This document shows, piece by piece, positions 50,448 through 62,998 of a DNA stretch of 64,000 nucleotides. The DNA comes from Paramecium tetraurelia (taxonomy: Eukaryota). How positions within the stretch are numbered: position 1 is the stretch's first letter; each line of letters begins with the position of its first letter. The stretch covers positions 248,001-312,000 of the forward strand of contig CT868677.1 of the NCBI GenBank assembly GCA_000165425.1. Direction: 5' to 3'. A model generated the notes under the pieces. That model was not told the DNA's origin. It saw only the letters and a program-made list of their open reading frames with translations, and made no database searches. The position numbers and the translations under genes are program-made.

Positions 50448-51274
50448 TCAATCAACTTTTATGGAGGATTTACTTTGATCTTTTAAGACAGTGTTACTGA
50501 GTTTGAAATTACTTTTTGATTAGAATTACTTTAGATTTTCTTCGAATGAATCACCATAGAAACTATTTGGACTCCAAATTTATGGCTATGAATGTTTGTG
50601 CATTTCACTAAGCATAAATGTAATAAATACGTAAAACTCAAAATTTAAGATGGATGATCATCAAAATATCCAGGTGAATACTTATTGGGCACAAATATTT
50701 TCAAAGCTTTTAGTCTTTTTTATTAATTGATTTTCTTCTACAGACCAGTTTAAGAATCTAATAACATTTTGTATCTTTATTCCGAAAGTTGTTTATTGTA
50801 TTCCTTCCAATACTCTTTGAATTGCTTTTCCTTTTGACTCAATTTGCTTTCAGGCACCTCTCCAAAGCACTTCCCGTCCAAAAACTAATTCCTTCCAGTC
50901 TTTACTAAACAATAGTATCTAAATTACTATCTTTAAGACCCTTTTCGAGATTTCTTTGAGGAGCAATAATATGACGTTTTAGGAAATCATCAATCAAAGG
51001 TTCCTTGCATAAAAAGATATCCAAATTCTTTCCAAATGGTCTCCCTTACAATTTATTTTGGGAATTGAACGCTAAACTTGATAGAAATAGAACCTTTTCT
51101 TTCAATAGTCTTGTATTTGTCTAAATCAGCAATTTCTTTTTGTCTTTTCTTCTTCGTGTCTCTGTAGCTATATATGACTTCCTTTTTATGCTATTCACTT
51201 GATTATCGAAGTAGGTCTTGAAGCTCAGACATGCGAAGAGGAGGTAGAGATAACTTCTTATCGTTTTCATTCAT
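50448..51274 (-). CDS. hypothetical protein (one apparent +1 frameshift near 50844; 3' end uncertain)
   Basis: MNENDKKLSLPPLRMSELQDLL.., 22-nt intron, ..FWTGSALERCLKA/IESKGKAIQRVLEG..IRFLNWSVEE. Confidence 0.55.
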
Positions 51275-51360
51275 CGGAATCTGTGATTATTACAGCACTT
51301 ATGAAATTTAGTTGTTTTATTAAAAGAATATGGCAAATATTATTAAATATATATAATTAA

Positions 51361-52161
51361 ATGAACAGCGATTTACTTCAACAATTTAGACCTTCCCAAG
51401 TGATTAATTGGGACGATAATACAAAGAGACTAATATTATTGGGCAGTTTGAATGATTAATGCGGCATTCTCATATTGCAGAAGAAACCCTTTGAAAAGGA
51501 AGTTCAACAACTTGCATTTGATTAAGCTGTCCAATATTTCCACAATGATATTTATACAAAATATAATTGTCAGATGTTGAGTGATATTGATTGTGAATTG
51601 ATCTGCCCTGCAAATTAGGTTCATATTGACAAATATTCAAAATCTGATTCAGTTATCATTGAAGAAACCTATGATATGTACAAATAATCATAAATTATTT
51701 AAATGCCCTTGGATTGGGTCTATAATATATTGGAAAAGAAGAAGGAGGTGGAAAATATTGTATTTGAAAATCAAACATTTTTAATTCTTAAAGATTATGT
51801 GTTTGTGAATTCTCAAAGCTTAGATGATTTGCATTTGTTGGCACTTCCCTTTTAAAGAGATATAAAATCATTGAGGGATTTAAATTAAGATCACGTTGCA
51901 ATGTTGGAAGAAATGTATACTGAAGGCTTAAAAATAATTTCAGAAAAATACTAATTGGAGTCAAAATTTGTGAAAGTTTTCGTCCATTACTTGCCATCAT
52001 TTTATCATTTTCATGTGCATTTCACTCACTCCAGTCAAATGGGATAGGCATTTCGAGATATTCCACTTTTATAGGTTATATAAAATATTAAATTAAAAAG
52101 CAATTACTATTAATCAGTTGCACTTTAATATATATCAAAAGTAAGAATTAATTAGGCCTGA
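51361..52161 (+). CDS. DCPS: scavenger mRNA decapping enzyme (m7GpppX diphosphatase, HIT family)
   Basis: Intronless 266 aa: NDIY, LICPA..HIDKYS, EET, WVYNIL, IKSLRDL, VHYLPSFYHFHVHF. Confidence 0.93.
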
Positions 52162-52216
52162 TTTAACGTATGAATTTTATAAATTAAATCATAATATCCA
52201 AAAAATATTTATTCTT

Positions 52217-53157
52217 ATGCAAAATAAGTTCGTTTAAAAAGGAATATCAGAAATCCAGAAATATGCAAAGGCTCTTTTGGGAAATAAAAATTATGTCTAA
52301 AAGAAGCTAGCCCAAGATCCAGACTATTTCACCAAGTTAGCCAAAGGCCAGAATCCAAAATATCTGTTAATCGGATGTTCTGATTCTAGAGCTCCTCCAA
52401 ATGAATTGACAGAGACCGACCCAGGTGAAATCTTCATCCATCGTAACATAGCCAATGTTGTCAACATGACCGACTTAAACGTAATCATTTCTGAGTCAAC
52501 TTTAGTTAAATTGTGTCATCTAGTATGCTGTGGAACATCTGAAGGTCCATAATATCATTATTATGGGTCATACATACTGTGGAGGAGTTAAGGCAGCCAT
52601 GCAATAAGACTCTGTAGGTGGATTATTAGATCTTTGGCTCAATAATATCAAACATGTTTATGAGAAGAATCAACATCTTGTGAATTAATTTGAAAATGAA
52701 AATGATAGAGTGGCTTGTTTGTCAAGCTTAAATGTCAGAGAATAAGTACTCAATATGTGGAAAAATCCAATTGTATAGAAATCTTGGGAAGTCGGACATC
52801 GTATCTTATTTTTACAAATTATTAGCTGTTATGGTGCATGGATGGTTATTCAGAGTAGAAACAGGATATATTGAAGAATTGTAATTGGATGAGAATATTC
52901 CTGAAAGTTTATCTGACGTCTTTAGATTGAATTTCAAAAGTGCTTAACAAACAGCACAAGGACAGCAATCTAAGCAAAACGATGACCAATTAGCTTTACC
53001 AAGTTTAAACAGTTAAAAGTTCTAATAAATGCAAAGTAAGTTAGTAACCGAATTCAGAAAATACTCAAACCATTCTTAAGATTGTAATCATTAAATGGTT
53101 AACTAAATTTCTGGTATTCTTTAAAATGACCCCCATTTTAAAAAAGAGAATAAATGA
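52217..53157 (+). CDS. beta-class carbonic anhydrase
   Basis: GQNPKYLLIGCSDSR, PGEIFIHRNIAN, QYAVEHLKV..IIMGHTYCGGV, VHGWLF. Two introns. Confidence 0.95.
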
Positions 53158-53556
53158 TTAATTATAATTAAAATAATTATAATTACTAATATTTTTTACT
53201 TATTTAAAAAAGATGACACAATTAGATTTCCTGAATTATTGATATAGTGTAATAACTCTTTGAAATATCAATTGAAGTTGCAAGCCATTTAATAACATTT
53301 AATAAAAATTAGGAAAATCGAAATATGTACTTACAAAAGAATTAAAGTACAGAACATATTTAAGTAAAATATTAATAAGTCAAGAGGTAAAATATCAAAA
53401 AAATTTCACTCGTTAAAGAAAATTTTAAAATATTATCTCCAGTCGAAATACTTAACAATTCTTACTTCTGTAAATCAAAATCAAGATTAAATTAGAGTAA
53501 TATTTCTATACAATGAAAGGAATAAAAGTTCATAGAATTAATTTAAATATAAAAAT

Positions 53557-55463
53557 TCATAGATCAAGACGTTTACCAATTTTTTCTAAAAATTATGCTT
53601 CTGTGAGTGTTTGCATTTCTTCATAAAATTAATTAAAATCCATATTAATGTCTTTAAATTCTAAGTACGGATTCAAACAGATCACAAGAAACCATCCCAA
53701 TTAGAGTAAATCTTTATATACAGGATCAGAGTCTTTAGTTTATTTAATAGAAGATTTAATGACGTCTAAGCTTTCTTGCACGACTGATTGATAAAGTTAT
53801 TAGAAGAAAGTATTTTGATCAAAGTTAACATCCAAGACTTACTTAATTTTGGATGCTCTTTTATTATCAGGTTAAGTAAGTTCTTTGTCAATGATTTGCT
53901 TTTCCTTCTTATAAATTTCCAAATAGAAATCCTCTGTATGTTTAATGTCATTTTTGGTGACAGTTAATATTTTCTTATATTCTTGACTGATTAAGTACCT
54001 ACCCCAGGTATCCCTATCAAATTTATCAGGATTGGTGGACATTAATTAGTCATACATTCTTTTGAGGTGGACATTTTGATTTTTGGAGATACAAAAAATT
54101 GTTGAATAGTATAATTCTTGAGTCAATTTAAGTATTCCTTAATGTGACATCTTGATGATTTTTTAGATCACATAATTGAAGAAGAAAGCAATATTTCTTT
54201 CAAACAAAAAGTAAGTGTTATATTTTAACATCGCTTTTCTACGTTTTTATTCAGTCTCATATTAATTAATAATTTTTAACCCCTATAAAGCAATAAATAA
54301 ATGTGATACTTTCTCGTGATTGATATCATCAACAGATTGTTTTTCCTCATTCCCTTGTGTTAATTGAGGAGTTGATGGTTCTTAAAGAATCTATTCAGGT
54401 TGATCTAAATAACCCACCACCAGATTCATTTCCAAGTACAATTTATTGAGACTCTCAGAACGCGATAACTCGTCCTTCTCCTTCATCAACTACTCCAAAT
54501 TATTCTTTATCTAAGCTTCCTAAATCTGTATGATTTCGTGATTGAAGATTTATTCCCAGGAATACCTATCCTAAAAATAGTTAAGCCACATATCCTTACT
54601 TTCTCTTGAACGACCAACATATGTTTTAGCAATTGCTTAATTTTATCACTCCTGACTGGAGCTTCTGGAATAAGTAAGGCGGTTTTCTTGATATTCTGTA
54701 ACAAATTGTATTGATTGTCTCCGTCCCAAGGAGGTTTTCCGTAAAGCATTTCATATAGCATCACTCCCATTGACCAGACATCGCATTTGGAAGAAAACGG
54801 TTACCCCTCCAAGATTTAAGGTGCCATATATAAGGGAGATCCCACTCTTGAAAAATAGGCAGGATCTATTTGATTTAACTACTTATTTTACCATTCATTC
54901 CAGTGTCAATCACTCGAGCGAATCCAAAATCAGTAATTTTAGCAACACCTTTATGCAGCAATATATTAGCGGGTTTGATATCTCTGTGTATTATTTTGAG
55001 TTAATGGAGTGTTCGGAATCCTTCAACTAAATGTTTCAAAAAGATGACTGCCTCAACCTGAGAAATTAAAATATATATAAAATAGTTTTACTTCACTTAA
55101 TCTCCTGCCATATTTTGTTGATAAGTATTTCTTCAAATCCCCGTCGTGACAATACTCCAAAAATAGATACAAATAGTGTGGTGTTCTGGCCACGTCGTAC
55201 AATTTAACGATATGAGGATTATTGGCCTATTACAAAATAGATATCTCTCTTTTAATGTGTTCTACCATCTTGGCTGAGTCTTTGATACTCTAAAATCATT
55301 ATTCTTATTTTCTTACAGCAATCGATATTGCCTTTACAGCAACCTGCTTCGTTTCATCATTTTTTTTAAATCCCCTATACACTGTTCCAAATGCCCCACT
55401 TCCCAGCTTCTAATTCACAATAATGTATTTATCAATCTATTTAGTAATCCATTCTTCTGCCAT
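53557..55463 (-). CDS. Ser/Thr protein kinase, ULK/ATG1-like ciliate family
   Basis: KLGSGAFGTVYRG, VAVK, LEYCHDGDL, IIHRDIKPANILL, ITDFGFAR, VGSPLYMAPQILE, KCDVWS. Several introns and a helical C-terminal domain. Confidence 0.9.
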
Positions 55464-56289
55464 TTTTTTGAATAAAAAATAATTGTATTTTTGATCACAA
55501 TAACGAATTGTGCTGCATAATAAGAATTGCTTAATAAATAAATCGTTTAAATTTTTTCAAATCTATTAATCAAATCTCACAAAATGTTCCTCCCAAATCT
55601 CATATTCACACACATCCAAAGACCACCTGCAAAAATCAATCCAATCCAAAATAACCATTATTAATATTATATTAAATGCAAGCGAGAAATCTCAGCGATG
55701 ACAAACACATCACACATCCCATCGACCGTATTAATTTCTACTTTAAAACCGAAGAACAAACCCTTTATTTATATACCAAGAAATGATCGAATTATCAAAT
55801 AATACCACTCAATCCTATCTGCCCTACAAATAAACGTCTTTTCTCTTTTAATAGTGCACGTGTGTTTCTCTCTTAATTTGCAAATCAAAGTGGGAAATTA
55901 TTAACAAATCAAATATTATTAAATTTTAAAGAAAGACATCTTCAAATACGGAATTGATCACTCCTTAGAATCAATTTTATTCATTCGTTTTCAAATAGAA
56001 GTGATCAGTAAATTTTGGTTTTGTTTTTATCTGCTTAAAATAATATTTTGTTTTTATTTGACAAAATAAGCAAACAAACCGAAACAATAAAAAACATTTC
56101 TTCCTATCAGTTTTTTTTAAGTGATACATTTGATTAAAGAAAAAGAGAATGGATCAAAATTTCTTATGACTCATCAAATTTACAATGCTTTTTCAAATAA
56201 TGATTGATTTTTTAATTTATACTACATAATTATTTTATAATACATTATAATAAATTATAATTAGTATAAATAAAAATATAACATTAAAT

Positions 56290-56850
56290 AATCATTTAAT
56301 GAATTCTGTATTTGAATGAACTTTCATATAATTCAGATATTAAAGATGAGAGATATTTATATACATCAACACAGGGTTCCCCTTATATGAATATTCCAAA
56401 ATATCCATTAATATTAGCTATATTATGAAAGTAGGATTTAATGGAAAAGTATAATTTTAAACCTATTTATAGTATTAATATATTTTTTGTAATTTGTGAT
56501 CCATACACTAACATCATAAGATACCCTAAATTCCCATGGCATTCCTGTAGTACTACATATCTCCTTTTACTTTACAATCTATATTCTCTTCAATCAAGTT
56601 TTTAATAATATGATCTATCACTTTTTGTCTTCAAATTAGTATTATTTGTAATTTACTTACTGTCAAATCATACATAACGATTGTATTAATAAAGAAAGTG
56701 TAAAATCTTTAGTTGAAAGATAATATTTTATTTATTTTTGTAAATTTGAAGAGAAATGAATATCAACCAAGAATTAAATTAAATTTTATTTAGTAATATT
56801 ATCTAAGCAGAATAATTTCACACTTGTCACCAATTGTAATGTTTGTATAA
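56290..56850 (-). pseudogene. decayed Rab-like small GTPase relic
   Basis: Fragments ITIGDK, IVMYDLT and YYRNAMGI (56552-56529) followed by a frameshifted YDVS. No continuous frame. Boundaries are approximate. Confidence 0.35.
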
Positions 56851-56897
56851 TTATTGTGTAAAAATTTAATAATATAATTTATCTCCATTCTGAATAT

Positions 56898-59675
56898 ATG
56901 TTCGAAGAATATTATTAGAAGTATCTGACATTGGGGTCAAATGTGCCTGAAGCTCAAGGGTTTGGGATTAAACTTTTTGATATTTTCTATTAAGAATTAT
57001 GCCAACAACGAAATCGAAATAAATCCTGAAAATTATCCTGACCTGGAAGTGGATGAAATTTAGGGATTGTTTCATTTACCAGTAGAGGCTCAAAAGAATA
57101 TGTTCTGTTAGGTGTTTAAGAGCTTAGAATTGGAAGATGATTCAAAGATTTTGGGAGAATTACATGTAAAAGGAGAGACTCTTGGGATTTGGAGAACAAA
57201 GAAGTTAGAATTGAATTTAACTCATAAAAAGCTGATTGTGCCTAGAAAAGAAGGCAATATAGAAATGTCATTATCAAAATATGGAATAATGTGGGTTGGT
57301 TAGAAGAAGAGCAAAAGTTTGCATTATTGCTTTATTTTAATTGCACACAATCAAGCAATATATGATCATTATAAGCAATTGATTTTGGGATCAGATGAAG
57401 AAGACTACGCTAAGAAATGGTTCAATTTGTTGAGTGGAGTCTGTGACAGTAAGCCAATCCAACCCAGAAGGATGAGTGTTGAATTCTCCAAACAAACAGT
57501 TTCCACTCCTCCTTTGAATAAATCAGATTAATTGGATTTGAGCAAGAGTGACAATTACAATGAGAGTTGGCTCTTCTCCAAGCCTTCCAATAAGGACATG
57601 CAAAGAATCTCAGAATAGCCTGAATCACCAGATCCCTTGAAGAAGACTTAGTAAGAGACTTTTACTTGTTTCAATTAAGAGGAGAAATAATAATTCCAAG
57701 CATTCACTCCGTTAAGTACAGGGGAATTAGGCCCTAAAGTATCGAATCTTCCAACCTATTTGAATGATATGACTGTAGACAAATTTAAGTAGGGAGAATT
57801 TTATAGAGTAGGAAATAATGTATACAAAAGCGTATCGAAGAAAGGATTGTACTAAGTTCAAGTTGTTTTAGAACATGATATTGAAGTGGTTAAACATTTC
57901 CTGTATGAGGGTTTTGGATTTAATAAGTTCATAGTAAATGAATGGACAATGTTTGATTATTAGGATTACAAGGTTGTGGATCAGAGTAGAGTCAAATTAA
58001 TATATGGATTCCAGAGGCAATCATAATTGTATATCATGAGATACAAGGCATCTGATTGTGTCATAGAGAAATAACTCAATTCTGAAAATCCAATCTATTC
58101 AATAGCCAAATTTTTCAGAAAATCAATTTAAAAGTATTCCTTTAGTGGAATTTAGAGAAGAAACCAAAATTATTCAACTGATTCGATGCCTCAATAAACA
58201 ATTATTTAGATCATTTGTCAACTCGAAGATGGAGCATACTATGATGCTTCCAATATAGCCTTTATGGAATAGTATCATTGTTTGGGAGATCATATTGATT
58301 ATGTCATAAATTTTAGAGATCTGCATTTCGAATAATAACAATAGCAATCTACTATGTCTTTATCTAATCACTCTGAGGATTTTATTACTGAAAAATTCGA
58401 TCAATCATTAGATTAGAAGATACCAAACAATCTCATGGATCTATTGGAATTTGTATAATAGAATAAACATTGGGATGTCTGTTTGAATAATGAATTTCAA
58501 TTGGAACCTATTGATGTAGAACCTAAATACCTGAAATCCACATCAGAAGGGCATTTCTTATTGAAGAATTATTGGAAAGTGGATTAAAATTAAGGTGGTT
58601 TGCTCTATGTTGATTAGGTTGGATTAAAGGAACAGAAGAAAGTGTTCTCGTACTTGCTGTCTCAAATAGGAACAAACTTAGCATCTGGAAAGTCAATCAT
58701 GAGCATTAGTTTACCCGTGTATGTCTTTGAAAAATAGAGTAATCTTCAGAGATACGCAAACTCACTTACTTACTTACAATATTTAGATGAGGCTGTGTCA
58801 AAGGATTATCTATTTCAATTTAAGAACTTCTTGCCCTATGGATATGGTACAATCATCTTATATTTGAATATGTGGAAACCATTTAATCCTATCCTTGGAG
58901 AAACCTACTCAGGATTCATCAATGGCTGTCCTATTTATGCAGAGTAAGTGTCACATCATCCACCAATAAGCAATTTATTGATTTACGGAAAAGGATATAG
59001 GTAAGGAATTGAGTTATTATATTAGAGTGAATCATCGTCTATGTACTATTGCAAGTATTTCAGCTAATTCAGTTAGTGGCATCAATTAAGGATATACAAA
59101 AGTGTACTTTTATGAATCTAAAAATGAACTCATTTTCTTGCCTTGTTCTGGGCTCTATACTGGGACATTGTATGGAGACAAACTGTTTTAGATGGTGGGT
59201 AAATTCCATGTTATCAATTTGAAACACAGATTAGTAGCAGAAATTAAGTTGAATCCTTATCCAGGTTCAGTTTGGAAAAAGAGGAGAGAACATTTGGATG
59301 ATTATTATGAGGGTTGCATCTATGAGGTGAGTGAAGAGTTCGTTAGAAGGTTCCAAAGAGATGGGTATTTGAAATTCAAAGAGTTGAGACAGAATGAAAT
59401 TATTAGGGAAATTTCAAAAATTAATGGAGTGTGGCATAAGAATATGTTTATAGACAATCAGGAAATATGGAATATTAATACAGAACCTTATGTATTAGAA
59501 GATGAAGAGTATTTTATTGCAATTATTATAATATAGTCACCCCTTACCATCGGATTCTAACTTTAGAGAAGATTTGATTGCATGGAAGACTGGAAATTTT
59601 GATTTAGCTATGAAGATGAAGACCAAATTGGAGGAAGCACAAAGAGCTGATGCTAAATTAAGAAAAAAGCATTGA
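56898..59675 (+). CDS. PH-domain oxysterol-binding protein (OSBP/ORP)
   Basis: PH-like GELHVKGETLGIW..LILGSDEEDYAKKWFNLL; ORD motifs SISLPVYVFE, KPFNPILGETY, EQVSHHPPIS, PLPSDSNFRED, KLEEAQRAD. Apparent +1 frameshift near 57002. Confidence 0.92.
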
Positions 59676-59702
59676 ATGAATTTAATGATAATCTTCTAAT
59701 AC

Positions 59703-60985
59703 TCATAAAAGTTATTGTGGTTTACCAAATAGATTCTCCAATACTTTATAAGGTCCACGTTGATCTACAAACAAATGCAGTTTTAAATTGTTTCTATTAT
59801 ATTCTCTTATATCAGATACGCCAATCATGTTTTTCAAGTATTTCTCCAACTCTATCAATTCTCTATCGTCTTTATTATCGTAGAAAGGAAGTATTGGTAT
59901 CCCATTCTCCAATTGCCAAGCATAAGAATATGAGGCATTGTCAATCAAAGCGACCTAACTTAACGATCTGTTTGTATTGTCACAAAATACTCTCAAGTCT
60001 TTAGTGTATAAGGAAGTATTAGTTTAAGTGCAACTTTCTCGAAATAATCGATGACTTATAATGGTGGAATCGGGGTCTAAATGATTGCAAACCTAATCAA
60101 ATATTCTGGTTACCTTTTCTGCATAGCAACTATGGGAAGCTGTAAAGACGATTATTTCAAAATGGTTTGAGAGATTTTTTAACATTTCTTTGGCATATGG
60201 TCTTACGTTAATTCCTGCCTTCACAATTTGATGTTTAGAGACATTGATTTCCAAAACAACGTCGCAGGGAATCGAGGGTGTTTCATTGCAATGCACCAAT
60301 GTTTCATCTAAATCAAAGAACAAAGTGAGTTATCCTTAGAGTGTTTATGATGTAATATACTTTAATGTTTCTTTGGTAATTTGTGAGATCGATTATAATC
60401 ATTGTTATTTTGAGGAAAAAATCTACAATTTAATCCCTAATAAGTTTGATGGAAGTGTTCACGATACATGCGAGAGAAGTAGTCTGAACCATTGGTATCG
60501 AAAGCCCTTTAGAGTTTGCTTAGGTAATAGATTTCGTTTCTTTTATTTTGGCTCTGTGATCTAGGCTTTGATGAAGGACTTGCGATACGAAATGATTGCA
60601 ATCGAGATTAAGGAGTGAGTGAGTATGGTTTGATTTGAGCGGGCATGTCAATTTTTGGATCAATGGCCATTACTTTCTTCTTCAATGGCGATTAAATCAA
60701 TTTGGTCTCAACTCTAGTAACAAATTTATTCAACATTGTGTCATTATCTATTGATTTTTAATTTCTTTTCTCTTTTATTTTGCTCTTCAAGGCATCATTA
60801 TTTAAGAGTTATGCTTACCCATAATCAGGAGCTTTCATATTTGCTAAACTCAGAAAAAACCCCCCGGGTTGATCAGAATTCTTGGATGAAGATGGATACA
60901 TTTTGCTCTTCTTCAAATCTATTATCTAAGAATTTGCGATGCGATCATGTCTTGAAAACTTGGATCCATTCCTAGATAAACTCAT
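59703..60985 (-). CDS. FCP1/SCP (NLI-interacting factor) CTD small phosphatase-like protein
   Basis: FFDLDETLVH (DxDxT), VRPYAKEML..FEIIVFTASHSCYA, TKDLR, IDNASYSYAWQLENGIPILPFYDNKDDREL. Confidence 0.93.
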
Positions 60986-61364
60986 TGAAATTATATTTTA
61001 AATATATTATTTCAATTAATTTCCTCATTCTCAATAAAGTAGTATCCAAATCATATAGTAAAATTCAATTGAGCATTGTAACCCTCTTAGTTCCAGGCGT
61101 GTCTCTGTTTTAAGTATAAATATTAATAATGAATATAATAAACATTTTCATTTTTAGAAACTTTCGCTATTTTATTTTGTAAATCATATCAAAATTGTAA
61201 GTGTGTCAACTAGAATTTACAGATAATTTTATTCGATGCATATTAAATGATTTTTATTGAACTCAGAAGATAAATATTCAATTCTGATTGTTAAGAGTTA
61301 ATTTATGCTTGTGTATTCGAATATTAGTATCAATTAAAATTATCTAAATTGAAATATTAAACAA

Positions 61365-62332
61365 ATGGGTTGTGTATCGAGTAAAGATTAGCCCCATTAA
61401 CAATTCAATATCAAATTACCTGATTCAAGTACTCCAATGCTTTAACATTATTTAGTCAATCAAACTACTCTCCAAACAGATTTAGATTTATCTGACTCTT
61501 AAGATTAATATTTACAAATTGGAATGAATATTAGCAGTCTGGGGGAGCTTCATCCTAAAGTTCAACAGGTGCATCAAGAATTGGGAGATTTATTCCAAAA
61601 TCTTTAAGGCCAGTATATGCTGATGCCGGATCAAAGTATATTTTACGGACAAACTCTCAATGGGAAGAGGAATGGCTAAGGAAAATAGCACTGGTAGAAG
61701 GAGGGCAATTTTTTAGAAGGGTAAAATCTATATTCTAATTTATAAAGGACTTGGATCGATAATCAACTAAATGGAAGAGCTAGGATGATTTATCCAAATG
61801 GCGATTAGTATTATAAATAATTAATATTTGTGTAGTTTCGATGGCAATTTTGTCAATAATGTGGCTAATGGCATTGGCAAATTTGTGAATTCTCGAAAAG
61901 AAGTGAGGGGATTTTGGCTTAATAATAAATTGATTGGAGAAGGCACTGAAATAAGAAAAAATGGAACAACTTATGTGGGACAATTTTAAGACGGCAAAAT
62001 TCATGGACAAGGCAAATTTGAATTCGCTAATGGATGTGTCTATAAGGGTACTGTGCATAAAGGAAAGATGCATGGTAATGGAGAACTTATTTTCAACGAC
62101 AACACCAGGTATGTTGGAGAATTCAGAAACAATTGCATCCAAGGTAGTGGAATCTATGAAGCCAACATTCCTATTTAAGGTTGGGTAAGAATTAAAATAA
62201 TAATTTAAGTTTCACTCAAAATATGAACATTAAACTATGTTTCTTTATTTTTTCAGACAAGAAACACCAGTCTTAATTGACAACCAAGATTGCGCTCTAA
62301 TTTAAAAATAATTAAGTACTTTTTTTGATTGA
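61365..62332 (+). CDS. MORN-repeat protein with N-terminal acylation motif
   Basis: MGCVSSK (myristoyl/palmitoyl-type start), repeated YxGxFxxGxxHGxG units (e.g. YVGQFQDGKIHGQG, YKGTVHKGKMHGNG), short introns. Confidence 0.88.
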
Positions 62333-62998
62333 ATAATATACTTTTCTTTATCTATTAAATTAGTATCAATTCTAAAAAATCTAATTATCATTATTAAGGA
62401 AAATAAATGAAGCATTGATCCACTAATTCATCAATAAGTTTGATGACATCTTGTAAAAAATTAAATAATAGGATCATTCTTTTTCATCTTAAAATGCCTT
62501 TAATGTATTCTCAAATGATTTTTTAAAAAAGATATTGGGTAACATATTTGTCAATACAAATGTATTGTAAATGTCATTTCTCTTAATAGCTAAATATTTA
62601 TTTTGCATTACAATTTTGAAAAAGTATTCCAACCATTTATGGATAGAACTGAATTTAAAGACTTAATAAAAATTAAAATGTAACATTATATATTTTTGCT
62701 TTATAAAACTATTTATCTATCATCATAATCCTTAATAACATATTTTATAACCACATTTCGAAATAGAAACGATAATTATATTATCCTTAAGTAAAGAAAA
62801 GCAGATATGATGATAATGTAATTTTTTACTATTTAATTTCATTTATGAAAAAGGTAGTTGATAAAGAGGAGCTTAATAGTTTTTCTAAAGATTTTTGAGA
62901 TAACATTGAATGTTGGATATTCAATAATTAATATAAATTATATATACTTCAAAAGTAATAATTTATTTTTAAATAATTGCATTTAATAAAAATTTTAG

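Noticed and set aside
8443..55463. Apparent functional clusters (ATG13-like + ULK-like + VPS13-like; XRN1 + DcpS)
   Set aside because: The genes are 15-45 kb apart among unrelated genes in a eukaryote without operons, so co-occurrence is likely chance.
3307..60360. Frequent introns ending in AAG rather than TAG
   Set aside because: They are still canonical GT..AG with normal length, a minor acceptor variant rather than a new intron class.
13..62188. Many ORF-track entries (e.g. 2754-3095, 7174-7596, 22317-22643, 39344-39808, 41610-41966, 61780-62142)
   Set aside because: They are antisense or off-frame shadows of real code-6 genes.
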